Both the position numbers and the translations under genes were made by a program. A stretch of 64,000 bases of DNA from Octopus vulgaris (lineage: Eukaryota), in assembly GCA_951406725.2 (NCBI GenBank), contig OX597825.1, positions 65,162,001-65,226,000 of the forward strand. The letters are read 5' to 3'. Within the stretch, counting starts at the first letter, position 1. The number at the start of each line of letters is the position of its first letter. Under the pieces are notes generated by a model. The model was not told the origin of the DNA. It saw nothing but the letters and a program-made list of their open reading frames with translations, and searched no databases. This document shows positions 1-13,974 of the stretch, piece by piece.

Positions 1-169
1 TGGGTATGTTAAGATAGTGTCTAAATGGGTTTTGCAAAACAACATAACTCTAGTATATTTTTTAAAAGCCTGCTGCTTACCTTGTCAGTTTTTTACGTCG
101 AAACTCTCGTTGACTTGGACGTACAGAAGCCAACACCTGTTATTAAAATCGGGGGAGCAAACAAGCACA

Positions 170-223
170 AACAAACACACACAAACACACACAAACACAC
201 ACGCAAACACATACACACATGCA

Positions 224-286
<63 letters not shown>
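170..286. repeat. (CA)n microsatellite with degenerate 5' part
   Basis: Directly visible; it explains the HTHT/VCVC ORFs at 17-530. Confidence 0.97.
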
Positions 287-288
<2 letters not shown>

Positions 289-299
289 AATTCAACAGT

Positions 300-465
300 T
301 TATGCTTTTCACTCGGTTTATCTCTAACTAATTCACTAGTAGGGCATTTGTTTTCCCGGGACGAGGCATATGAAGAAATTTACCCAAGTCGCCGCGTAGG
401 GAGACTAAACCTGAAACCGCATTGTTGCAAAGCGATCTTCTTATCTACAAATAACCTGCTTCCTA
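300..465 (-). mobile_element. Degenerate SINE type A, 5' part
   Basis: Diverged match to the young copy at 24575-24723 (acccaagtcgccgcgtagggagactaaacctgaaacc vs gcccaaggtgccacgcagtgggactgaacccggaacc). Confidence 0.6.
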
Positions 466-486
466 CAATGAAAGAAGTGCCAATCA

Positions 487-872
487 GGGGGAAGCACTCC
501 GTCGGTTACGACGATGAGGGTTCCGATTGATCTGAATCAACGGAACAGCCTGCTCGTGAAATTCACGTGTAAGTGGCTGAGGACTCCACAGACACGTGTA
601 CCCTTAACGTAGTTCTTGGGGAGATTCAGCGTGACACAGTGTGTGACAAAGCCGGCCCTTTTGAAATACAGGTACAACAGAAACAGGAAGTAAGAGTGAG
701 AGAAAGTTGTGGTGAAAGAGTACAGCAGGGATCACCACCATCCCCTGCCGGAGCCTCGTGGAGCTTTAGGTGTTTCGCTCAATAAACACTTACAACGCCC
801 GGTCTGGGAATCGAAACCGCGATCCTATGACCGCGAGTCCGCTCCCTTACCACTGGGCCATTGCGCCTCCAC
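487..872 (-). mobile_element. Full-length tRNA-derived SINE type B (tail 1) with 11-bp TSD
   Basis: Minus strand begins ggaggcgcaatggcccagtggtaaggg (A box) then ggtttcgattccc (B box). Identical TSD agtgccaatca at 476-486 and 873-883. Confidence 0.92.
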
Positions 873-1554
873 AGTGCCAATCAATTACATGCAAGGATCA
901 GTTACCATCATAACATCACGGTATACCTCCTAGGATTTGTCATTCTACGTTTTGAGTTAGAAACTAGCGAAGTGAACTGAGCCTTCATTTCTCCGAGAAG
1001 AAAGAATACCAGTAATTTATTGATGTCGATGGCATCAGTTACACCACATCACAAAGGTAAATTATAAGGTCTTGTCTCCATATAATACGCACTTATTTAT
1101 TACATATCTGTATCCATGATATTTTACTTGTTTCAGTCATTGGGTTGTGGCCATGGTATGGAAACCCCAGGAAGGGTTTAATCGAATAATTTTTAAGCCT
1201 GGTACATTTTTATAGCTTTCTTATGATTGACTAGGCTATAAGGACGTAAACATTGCAACACAAACACAAACAGGAAGAGACACATACGTAGCTATATACG
1301 TACACACACATAGATATATATACACACACACAAACACACACACACATACACACACTCACACATATATATATATATATATATATATGTGCGTATGTAGAGA
1401 GAGAGCGGGAGAGAGAGAGAGATTGGAGGTTGTGAAAATATTATGGTCAGGTCATATAAATTTAATATTTATTGAGTATTAACTGAAACAGCTGTAAGGA
1501 ATGATGATTAATTTTTTTGTACATAATAAACAATTATTAACTTATCTCCATTTT

Positions 1555-1619
<65 letters not shown>

Positions 1620-1799
1620 TATATGTACGTAAGTATGTATCTATGTATGTATGCGTGAGTGTATGTGTGTGTGAATTTCAAACCTTCCTAGACCCGTGTC
1701 TCCGCAGCAAGAAACCACTAAAAGCTTGTATCATTATACTGTGTGCATTAAGTAATATTTTCTTTTATTGAATGTGCTACTTTATTTGGTGAACAAACC

Positions 1800-1854
<55 letters not shown>

Positions 1855-1976
1855 TATATGTGTATACAGAATAGGATGAATCTGTATATGTGACAGTTTT
1901 TGTATATAATGATAAGACATAACTTGACATGCGTTAATTAAAATTTTGAAATATATTCAGATTATATTCTTTACAG

Positions 1977-2040
1977 TAAAACAACTATAATGGTATTTTT
2001 TTCATTAACCCTCCTGTCTGCTCGTTTCAAATTCCTCTAA
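1977..2040 (+). other. Candidate 5'UTR exon of the plus-strand gene
   Basis: Acceptor attctttacag|, donor taa|gtaagt. Its last A joined to the TG starting the 8666 exon gives an in-frame ATG. Confidence 0.3.
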
Positions 2041-2904
2041 GTAAGTTAATTGTAGATATTAGCCAGTATTAACAGCGAATTAATTAAATACATTCATTCA
2101 GGCGTTTTCTGTGTATGTGAATGTGTGAATGTGTGTATGTGTTTGTGTTTGAGGTTGTGTACGCGTGTTTATAGGTTTCTTTCGGATGCCAGAGTCAAGT
2201 TTAATTAAGTGTGAATGAGAAATATATCAGTTACATTTTAAAACTCATGTGTGTGTGTGGGTGTGTGCGTGTGTGCGTGTGTGTATGTGTGTATGTTCCT
2301 GTGTACATTTGTGTATGTTTGTAGGAATATATGTATATAGATTGCATGTATCTGAGTATGTACATGTATCTATACACACATACCCACGCATATATACACC
2401 GAGACACCATCAACACATACACACACACACACACATACACACACACATTGCATGTATTTTCTTGTATGTATCTTACTATGCACACAAACGCCAGAACATC
2501 CCCATTCATAAAACCCCAAGGCAGGTTCGAATATGTGATTGCTGTTTTTTTATTACTATTTGCATCTGCTGCGAAAACCTCACCTCTTTAGACGAAGTAT
2601 GTGCTTAACACGGGTGAATCTCTAGTATAATGGGAACTCGAGACAGCACGATGTTTCGACTTCTTTTTATGTCTCCTCAGTTAAAGCTACCTCATGGAAT
2701 CGAGGAATCGTACACTAACGCGAGTAGTTGTTCATAGAAATCAGTAGAGAAATTATTTGCAGAGGCAGGATGATGTCTACGAAAGATATATCACATATTC
2801 CATTCAAAACTCTCAGAACATACTATAAATCAATAGATTTATAAGTTATTGTTTGAATTTTAGCTTTCCTGCGTGGAACCCTCTAATTATTATATATATA
2901 TATA

Positions 2905-3310
2905 GGCGTAGGAGTGACTGTGTGGTATGTAGGTTGCTTACTAACCACATGGTTCCGGGTCTATTCCCACTGCGTGGCACCTTGAACAAGTGTCTTCTAA
3001 TATAGTCTCGGACCCACCAAAACCTTGTGAGTGGGTTTGGTAGACGGAAACTGAAAGAAGCCCGTCGTATATATGTATATATATGTGCGTGTGTGTATAT
3101 ATGTTTGTGTGTCTGTTTGTCCCCGCAACATCACTTGACAACCGATGGTAGTGTGTTTAATTCCCTGTAACTTAGCGATTCGGCAAAAGAAACCGACAGA
3201 ATAAGTACTACGCTTACAAATAATAAGTCCTGTGGTCGATTTGCTCGACTAAAAGCGTTGCTCCAGCCTGGCCACACTCAGAAGACTGCAAGAAGTAAAG
3301 GGTAAGAGTA
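2905..3310 (+). mobile_element. Full-length tRNA-derived SINE type A with internal (TA)/(TG) tract
   Basis: Head ggcgtaggagtgactgtgtggta...ggttccgggt, CORE-like ccttgaacaagt, tail agtaaag/gtaagagta. Homologous to 24313-24723, 58332-58683 and 59208-59594. Confidence 0.93.
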
Positions 3311-3315
3311 TATGT

Positions 3316-3367
<52 letters not shown>

Positions 3368-3964
3368 GAATTTTAATAAAGTTTCAGTTGAGTTAGGTAC
3401 TTAAACTGAGGCACCTTCCCTTATTCCTTGAACTTATCTTCCACCCCTAATGTTTAATACTTATTCCTTTAGTTTTTCATTACCGTCCCTTTTATGATGA
3501 CAATCAAAATAAGTATCTTTAGCCCTTCCTATCTTTCTTCCAATTATCAGCCCTTTTTCATTAGGCATTTCCCCTTTTTTTACGACCCCAAGACTTATCA
3601 TTTCGTGTAGACAAAGCCAGATATAAGTTTCCAGTACTTAGATAGTCTATTAGGTTGTCATGATATTAAATATTTTATCACCGTTGTCTAGCATACAATT
3701 ACATCCAAGAGATTTCATTTTGGAAGATTGAAGATTACATTCCACCTATTGTCTTCGAGATGTACGTAACTAGATCACTACACTCAAGTATCCCCACCAC
3801 CACTGTAACCTCTACTAACCTCTAAACTCTAGAAGGTTCGAGAATATACAGTCTATTTTCTAAACTAATCCTGCTAAAGATACAGCAGCAGAACAAAACA
3901 CATATTTCAGCTCCTTTGGTGATAAGAATATATTATAGCGGTCGGTTTGTCCTTTGTGTTTGAC

Positions 3965-4056
3965 GTCTATGTAGGCATCTGACGAAAATGCTTGCTTTGC
4001 AATGATTTTAATGTTTTCATTAATCAAGTCGCTTGAAATGGCCGTAATGAATAGAC
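3965..4056 (+). ncRNA. Type I hammerhead ribozyme motif (Penelope pLTR-like)
   Basis: CTGACGA 3979-3985, GAAA 4035-4038, stem III gaaa-tggcc-GTA (cleavage after 4046). Stem I cat/atg plus gtctat/atagac. Stem II aaatgcttg/caagtcgctt (imperfect). Confidence 0.65.
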
Positions 4057-4198
4057 AGCTGTACATATATATATATACATATATTTACATAATATTGAGG
4101 ACTCTTTCTTTCTTTTGTTATCTTACCGCTTTTACCAATATATATACATATATATATATATATATATTAAGGACTGCACACGAAAAGTGGACATCAAA

Positions 4199-4317
<119 letters not shown>

Positions 4318-4324
4318 CATACAT

Positions 4325-4378
4325 AACCCGGAAGTATGTGGTTGGTAAGCAAGCTACTTACCAAACAGCCACTCCTAA
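4325..4378 (-). mobile_element. SINE type A head fragment
   Basis: aacccggaagtatgtggttggtaagcaagctacttaccaaacagccactcct matches 24666-24717. Confidence 0.8.
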
Positions 4379-4469
4379 TAACAATAATAAACTTTGTATA
4401 CTGACATGCAGTTTGAAGTAAATTTTACAATATACAACTCTCATATATATATGTGTGTGTGTGTTTGTG

Positions 4470-4502
<33 letters not shown>

Positions 4503-5051
4503 AGAAACTTACTTGGAAATGGATGCGTGGCGTTCATATTAAGTAATATATAGTAAATAATATATACTATATATATAAGCGTTATATATTTTAAGCAATC
4601 ATTTCAAAATGCACGGCAGCATACGAAGATTATCGATGTGTCCAAATTTACGTGTAACTACGCCAAATTGTGATAAGAAAATAGCTACAAGACAATAATT
4701 AGGAGCCATTTCAAACTATAATTAATAATGAAAGATGGGATTATCATTCAAAATTTATGTCGCATCTTCTTTCAACAAAGTGATTTCCGGGTTATCAGTC
4801 GGAGATATAAATGATGTACGTTGCGTTAGTTCTGACATATGCCGCTTAAAATTTAAGTCTGAACTGTATAATATATAACTGTGGTATCAACAAGTGGCAC
4901 AAACGAATATCGATGCACATCCTAAACTATATCGTCTTTAAAGATAATTAGTCTTTGACAGTCGTGATTAATCAACCTTAATGAGAAACATACAATTACG
5001 AAGAAAACGCTCGTAGGCAAACAGGCGTACAGCCTTTCACACACACATAAT

Positions 5052-5103
<52 letters not shown>

Positions 5104-5164
5104 CATGTATGTATGCATGTATATACAGAGAGAGCGCGAGAGTGAGAGAGAGTTAGAAGACAGA

Positions 5165-5415
5165 GAGATCTAATGGATATACGTCGATTTATTAATTAAT
5201 CAACATAATCAACATATTCATTAACAATTGTTTCATTTCACAAGCAAAATTGTGAAGTGAAACAATTGTTGGTGAATATATTGTTTAATTAATAAATTAA
5301 TTTATATCCATTAGATCTCGCTATTTTCTAACTTGATAAAAATTTTGATATTTTACGATATTCTATATGATATATTCATTAAAGAATTAATTCTTCAATA
5401 TTTAATATATTATAA

Positions 5416-5420
<5 letters not shown>
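5165..5420 (+). mobile_element. Foldback Penelope-pLTR-like element (hairpin 5165-5319) ending in (TA)n
   Basis: gagatctaatggatata...ttcacaa is inverted as ttgtgaa...tatatccattagatctc. Contains a hammerhead 3' half gaaac-aatt-gtt at 5259-5270. Confidence 0.6.
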
Positions 5421-5473
<53 letters not shown>

Positions 5474-5664
5474 CAAGGTGATAGGTGATATATATATATT
5501 GGCATAATTTCGCAAGCAACAAAATATGATGGTGTGAGCCTACATATTTAGTGGAATGAAATTTATTAATAATTTTGATTTAACTGTAACTTCAAAATTA
5601 TGCTATTTTAAGGCCTATTTCAGCATAATTTCAATAGAATTTACTGTTAAGCACTACCATCAGC

Positions 5665-5750
<86 letters not shown>

Positions 5751-5794
5751 TATATATATATGTATGTATATGTATATATATATATATATGTATA

Positions 5795-5830
<36 letters not shown>

Positions 5831-6601
5831 AATTTAAGATTTTGAAAGAAAAAAGTTGCACGTACGTATTTATATTTGTTTCTGTGTTTACTGACAACAC
5901 ATATCTATCTATAGCATTTTAAACGTGTCATGTTTGGTTGAGATGATAGGATTAAAATCCTTTCATTAATACTCTACTACAAAACATACTCTTTCCAGAT
6001 GCTTTATAATGAATACATATGCATTTCAACCACGTTTTCCTTCTGTTAAGTAGATATTTCACTACCATCACATGACATCCGTCTACTGTATATTGATAAG
6101 CTCTCAGACAGCGAGTTATCTTATATCATCTTTCTTATATCGATACAAGACACACACCAGACTGCTTTTAACAGAAATAGAATCACTCTTTTGATATATA
6201 ATTTATCAAGTTTATTTCTGTTTTGAAATTTTACGCAGCATTTTATTCCTATGAAATCTACTACGGCGATTTACAGTGTACTCATTGTGTTACACACCTG
6301 CATGGTATTACCAAAAGAACACAAACCCACATTCGTCTCACACACATATACACACACAGACAAACACCCATATATAGTTGTATGCACACACTCTCACATA
6401 CACTCACACACACATATATATATGTATATATATAAATATATAAATATACCGCTTGATGTATATATTTATATAGATAGATAAATTATATATACATGTATAT
6501 ATACACAGTGTGATTTGTATATATAATGGTTATATATATATATATATATATATGTTTGTGTGTGCGTGTGTGTGTGTGTGTCTGTGTATGTATGTATATA
6601 C

Positions 6602-6635
<34 letters not shown>

Positions 6636-6894
6636 ATATACAGTTGTATGTATATGTATACAGATTGGGCGAGTTGTTAGAGTCTCGATTTCATTGGGCT
6701 GAGCTATTCGTTGTGGAACTCTGAATGCTCAGATGAAATCTCAGCTTTATGTCACAAAATATATTGGACCACACACACACATATGTATATATAATAGATG
6801 AGTAGAATAACAGACCAGGTATGATGAGACAGAGAACAGAAATTATGCCCAGTCGTAATTAGTTAGTCATGTGACGTCAATACAAGGTTATGTA

Positions 6895-7163
6895 GAGGCA
6901 CATGGCCTAGGGATCGCGGGTTCGAATCTCAGACCGGGCGATGTGTATGTTTATGAGCGAAACACCTAAGCTCCACGCGGCTCCGGCAGAAGGTAATGGC
7001 GAACTTCTGCTGACTCTTTCGCCACAACTTTCTCTCACTCTTTCCTCCTGCATTTTGCAGCTCACTTGCGACGGACCGGCGTCCCGTCCAGGTGGGGAAC
7101 CTATACATCAAGAAAACCGGGAAACCGGCCCTTATGAGCCAGGCGTGGCTCGAGAAGGAATAA
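6895..7163 (+). mobile_element. SINE type B head/core with tail 2, tRNA head internally deleted
   Basis: Shares gaccgggcg...gagcgaaacacctaagctccacg...cacaactttctctcactctt with 487-872 but has a different 3' half. Close homologue at 11656-11909. Confidence 0.88.
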
Positions 7164-8186
7164 TACAATGTTATAGAAACATATATAATGAATTGATCTG
7201 AAACCTGTAGTTTCTTCATCCAGTCTATAGATTTAGATTCCTGTCAATAATTATTCGAGCAGTTGGATACATGACGTATGTACATGGCTCAGTACCGATC
7301 TCAAGAAGCTAGATTTCGCAAAATTAGAAAGAACACTCTTATTTCACAGACGATAGCTACCCGTCATCAGATGTACTGTCAAAGTATGAGAAACCCTGCA
7401 TGTAATAATATACGGACGTATGTATGGACAGGACGACATATGCTGGTTTACACATATGTAAAGCACTGTAGATAGACGTATGCAGTGACATTCAGCTGTT
7501 CGTGCATAAATACAATAAATACATTCATACATGTCTATACGAGACGTTGTCTTTGCTACAAACAGCTTCTGTCTATTGCTGGGAAATTCGAAGTAAAAAA
7601 TAGGAAAACAGATATAGAAACTATATACATTGAAAAGTTTTCAGAATTTTATATAAATTTCATTTTTTTCCTTCAAGTAAATGTCTTCTTCCAATTTACT
7701 ATTATGTTTTCTGTTTCTATTATACAAGGTGTCTGAAAGATAAATTAAGAAAAAGCAAAAATTCTGTTATAATTGTATGGTATTTTATGATGATAGATGA
7801 TACTAGCAGCTGTTGTTGACTCACCTTACTGTTTATATATGATACGTGATCGCTATCAATTCTTATTCTAAGTTTAGTTAGAATCAAATAAATGTGATCA
7901 AGATAGTCATAAGTATGGTCATAAGTATATCATATCACATAATCCTTCTTAGAACTTACGTCATATGCCACAGGATTTGTGCAGGCACATCCTCAGACAA
8001 CATTCTGATTTTGTTAATGAACATTAAAAATAGCGTCATATGCGCAAATATCTACGTAAGTGTGTAAAAATACATCTTTATGAAAGATACGTCCACATAA
8101 ACACATGCATTAAAACATATGCACTTGTTAGAAACTAAAATCTCTGGTGCATTAACCTGAATTATAACACAATATTTTCACATCGT

Positions 8187-8568
8187 GAAGGCGCTTGGCG
8201 TAGCGGTTAGGCATTCGATTCGTGATCGTAAGATCTTGAGATCGATTCCTGGTGAGCAGTTATGTTCTTGAGCAAGACACTTTATTTCACATTGCTCCAG
8301 TTCACTAAGCTGGTAAAAATGAGTAGCGTCTCTATTTCGAAGGGGCCAGCTTTGTCACATTCCGTGTCATAGTAAATATCCGTGAGAACTACGTTAAGGG
8401 TACACGTGTCCGTGGAGTACTCAGCCACTTGCATATTAATTTCACGCCCAGAGTATTCCGTTGATCGATAAATAAAGTACCAGTTTCGCACTGGGTCGAT
8501 GTAATCGACTTAATCCCTTTGTCTGTCCTTGTTTGTCCCCACTATGTTTAGCCCGTTGTGGGTAGTAA

Positions 8569-8570
<2 letters not shown>
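8187..8570 (+). mobile_element. Composite SINE: type D head + type B tail 1 + type C tail
   Basis: 8187-8325 matches 45947-46095, 8330-8465 matches the reverse complement of 540-670, and 8465-8570 matches the type C 3' half (17570-17670). Confidence 0.8.
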
Positions 8571-8603
<33 letters not shown>

Positions 8604-8665
8604 CAGTACTTTTGATGAGCGCGACAATTACAGGAGAGTGTAGTATTGTATTTCCCCTCATCCAG

Positions 8666-8891
8666 TGCCTGTTACTCGCGTGTTTAACCGAGATGTAATC
8701 GGTCCTTCACCCAAGAAAGATACATTAGATAATAGCAGAAAAATTCTCTCAGAGAATTCAAACAGAAGCAATACAATAATGGATGAATATTTTCAATGGG
8801 TGATAATGGAGCCTAGTCTTCGCAGGCCTAGCATCTTACAAGAAAATATGGACAGCGGCGCACAGTCTTTTAGCCATGGTCATCAGAGAAG
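8666..8891 (+). CDS. Candidate coding exon: PVTRVFNRDVIGPSPKK...RRPSILQENMDSGAQSFSHGHQR
   Basis: Acceptor tgtatttcccctcatccag|, donor gaag|gtaacc. Fully open frame (phase 1 to 2) in non-repetitive sequence; joins in frame to 12938. Confidence 0.45.
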
Positions 8892-9317
8892 GTAACCATT
8901 GTGCATCTGATTTAGTGTTTAGTGTGTGTCCTCAATTTTTTGCTATTCAGCTATTGAGCAACTGGTGTGTTTTTGGATATACGCCGTTATGGTGAGAGGT
9001 AATCCTTTGTTATATCATCCTTCCCTCTTTGTGACACCGACAGCAAGTTGGTTTCAGGAAATTACAGGGTACTGGATTGGCCGGATTAGTTGCGTGTGTG
9101 AACTTGTACGGATGTGCATGTAAATATGCATGCCTGTATGCATGTATGTATATATGTATTTATGTATATATATATGTATATATGTATGCATGTATGTATG
9201 TATGTATGTATGAATATAGACATGCCGGTAGGAAGGAAGGTATTTATATGTATTTGTATACACTCGCATACTTTGTATTAAAATGGTCCACTTGTGTATA
9301 CATAAATGTGCCGTATT

Positions 9318-9960
<643 letters not shown>

Positions 9961-10367
9961 AAAATTTCTACATGTGCTTGCATCTTCATATGCAATCACA
10001 CTCACACACAAATGTATGTGTGTGTGTTTCTGTGTGTGTGTGTGTTTGTGTGTGTGTTTCTGTGTCTGTGTTTCTACATTTGTGTAACTATGTGTGCATT
10101 AGAAATTGGTAAGTAGGAAATACTTAGCCACATAAATAAACAGTCGAGAAACTGAGAGATGAAATGATCTGTACAGTTGTTTACAAAATATATGAAGTTG
10201 CATTGAGTACGACTTCCATCCTCTCACATTCTCGTATATCCACTACGTATGTGCATTTCATTCTCACCATTTTCTTTCTCTCTCTCTGTCTCTCTCTCTC
10301 TCTCTTTATATGTATATATAGTTCCTAAGTTAGTATAGATGAATATATGTGTGTGCATGTGCGTATG

Positions 10368-10404
<37 letters not shown>

Positions 10405-10595
10405 ATATATACATGTATATATATATACACACATATATATATATACATATATGTGGGGGTGTATTTATATATGTATATATGTATATATATATGTGTGTAT
10501 ATTTATGTATATATATATACATATATATATATGTGTGTGTGTATATATATATATGTATATATATATATATGTATATACATACGTGCATATATGTA

Positions 10596-10630
<35 letters not shown>

Positions 10631-11172
10631 TCTTCCAGTTCTATCATTCCCAAATACCTCAAGATTTTGAGTTTCATATCATTTCAATTTGTTTCTTCGT
10701 TTTCTTTCCACACAAATGATTCATGGAAGCCATGTGACACACATCACTCCAACAGGAAATGGCCCCTATCGTTTCTATCTCAATATTACGCATTGTTGTT
10801 GAAGACGAAATCCCTCTTTTAAATATTTATGACTCTCAACGTCTCCTGCCAATGTACGGATGACTATTTCTCCGGTGTGAAGAATAAGCTTATCTCCCAA
10901 CATTTCATCATCTTGAGAATTTAAAAAACAGAAACGAAGAGAATATAATGGTAAATGCTAAGCAAAGTAAAAGAAACTACAGTCATAATGAAAACATAGA
11001 GAACTAAAACATTTCGTGATATTGTTTTACATGTGATAAAATCTACCGCTCTTAATTGCCATCTGTTGCGATCCTTCATTTGAGGTATTTTTTTCTAGTA
11101 CCCTTCGCTCTATTTCCTATTTACACACAAGCTCTGATACAGATCTGCACTAACAGAAACGTAAGCATATAT

Positions 11173-11251
<79 letters not shown>

Positions 11252-11624
11252 CACACAAACACACACACGTACACACGCACATACATATACATCAATAAAC
11301 ACAATATGCATATATTGAAATCTATGTATGAACATTGACACATACAGACCGAGATACATATATGCATGTATCCATACGAACACTACTACGTATATACACA
11401 CATGTACAAATATATATATATATGCATAAGTATAAACAGATACAATCATTTTTAAACATGTTGCATATATATATATAATTACATATGTATGTATGTGTCA
11501 GTTACTTTTAAACGCTTTGTATATGAATGCATTCATGTATAGATATACATATGTATACATATATACATATGTATATGTATATATTATACATGTATATGTA
11601 TAAATATAATTATATATATATATA

Positions 11625-11655
<31 letters not shown>

Positions 11656-11909
11656 GTTTGTTCCTTCTCGAGCCACGCCTGGCTCATTAGGTTTCTTTGG
11701 CGTAGAGGTTCCCCACCTGGGCGGGACGCCGGTCCGTCGCAGGTGAGCTGCAAGATGCAGGAGGAAAGAGTGAGAGAAGGTTGTGACGAAAGAGTCAGCA
11801 GAAGTTCGGCATTACCTTCTGCCGGAGCCGCATGGAGCTTAGGTGTTTCGCTCATAAGCACACACACATCACCCGGTCTGAGATTCGAACCCCTAGGCCA
11901 CGTGCCTCC
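11656..11909 (-). mobile_element. SINE type B with tail 2, tRNA head internally deleted
   Basis: Reverse-complement homologue of 6895-7163, inserted in (TA)n. Confidence 0.9.
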
Positions 11910-12615
<706 letters not shown>

Positions 12616-12937
12616 TACATGTGTATCTAAGTCTATGCCTTTGTTCAGATAAAACACCTATCTACTATATATTATACATTCTTGAATTCCAATGGTAATT
12701 ACCAGGAAATGTGATGCCTATAAAAGTTGTGTTTAATAGAGCAATTCATAAGAAACAAATTTGAACTAACGTAATTTTTAGAATATAAATTATTTTATTG
12801 CTTATTCAGATGTTGAAGGGAAGCTCTCTTGACATTTTCGAATAATTTTACTTCGAATGCTTATAACAGTGATCTCTCTTACATGCATTCAATGATTAGA
12901 TACCATACAATAGCAAGTTCATTGTCCGCTTTTCCAG

Positions 12938-13020
12938 TTTCATTTTTATGGCTTCGTTCAAATCGAAGCTATTTCGACAGCCATCATTCACTCGTATTCT
13001 CCAGCTTTTAGAAGCATGCT
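12938..13020 (+). CDS. Candidate coding exon: (S)FIFMASFKSKLFRQPSFTRILQLLEAC
   Basis: Acceptor tgtccgcttttccag|, donor gct|gtgagt. 83 nt, phase 2 to 1, open and in frame with both 8666-8891 and 63312-63383. Confidence 0.5.
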
Positions 13021-13175
13021 GTGAGTATGCTCACTTAGATATAATTGTCTTATACGTTTAAATCTGTCATATACATTTAAATATAACGAAGACCTTTAGG
13101 ACTGCCATATTTAGAAATTACTAACGTATAACACACACATACATACATACATACTACACGCACACACACACACGC

Positions 13176-13242
<67 letters not shown>

Positions 13243-13699
13243 CATACACAATTACATTTAGGACTACCAAATATATTTAAGAATTACTGACATATAACAC
13301 ATATAACACACATATTTATATGTGCACTCCATATATGAATGTGTCTGTCTGTGGTTAAATGCAACAAACACATAGATCTTGAAACAGTGAAACACATAAA
13401 CATGCTTTAATAGTAAAGTGTAACGAAACGAAACGAATACGGAAAGGGCATTGTCCGATATTTTAATATTCCAGCCTTCCTTAGTTTTCAGTCGCAAGTT
13501 TTCGGTCTATATGAGGCCACAGTAAAAGATACGAATCTAATATAGAACGGCGCTAGCTCTAATGTTTTCACACTCAAACTTACATTTGTATGTGTATTAA
13601 GACACAAATGAAAATTTTAATTAGAGATATTATTTCAGCTTTAAACCCCTCATTTTGGCTACATCTATTTCCAGTAATTCATACTTTAAGAATGGTTTT

Positions 13700-13870
13700 A
13701 AATTTTGGTAAAAGGCGAACAATTTAGGTGAAAGGATAAGTCAGTTACATCGACCCCAGTACTCAAATGGTACTTTATCAACGTCGAAAGGATGAAAGGC
13801 AAAGTCGACCTCTGCAGAATTTGAACTCATATCTTAAAGACGGAAAAAATGATGAACGGCATTTCTTCCG
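13700..13870 (-). mobile_element. Old SINE type C copy
   Basis: catcgaccccagtact...gaaaggatgaaaggcaaagtcgacctc...gaatttgaactca matches 40130-40225. Confidence 0.75.
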
Positions 13871-13974
13871 TCTTTTTGTTAGCGATAGAGTGTCCACTTC
13901 AATCAGAAATTACTTCCTCTTCATGCGGAGCTTGAGAGAAATATCCGGCAGTTAGCCTCGATATAACTCTCTAC

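Noticed and set aside
800-870. tRNA-like sequences (also 45947-46020 and 8187-8255)
   Set aside because: They are SINE heads continuous with SINE bodies and lack a proper acceptor stem, so they are not tRNA genes.
12975-13020. RQPSFTRILQLLE resembling kinase subdomain XI (RPSF..IL..L)
   Set aside because: The spacing is off (RQPSF), there is no upstream CW motif, and no other kinase motifs occur in the joined frame.
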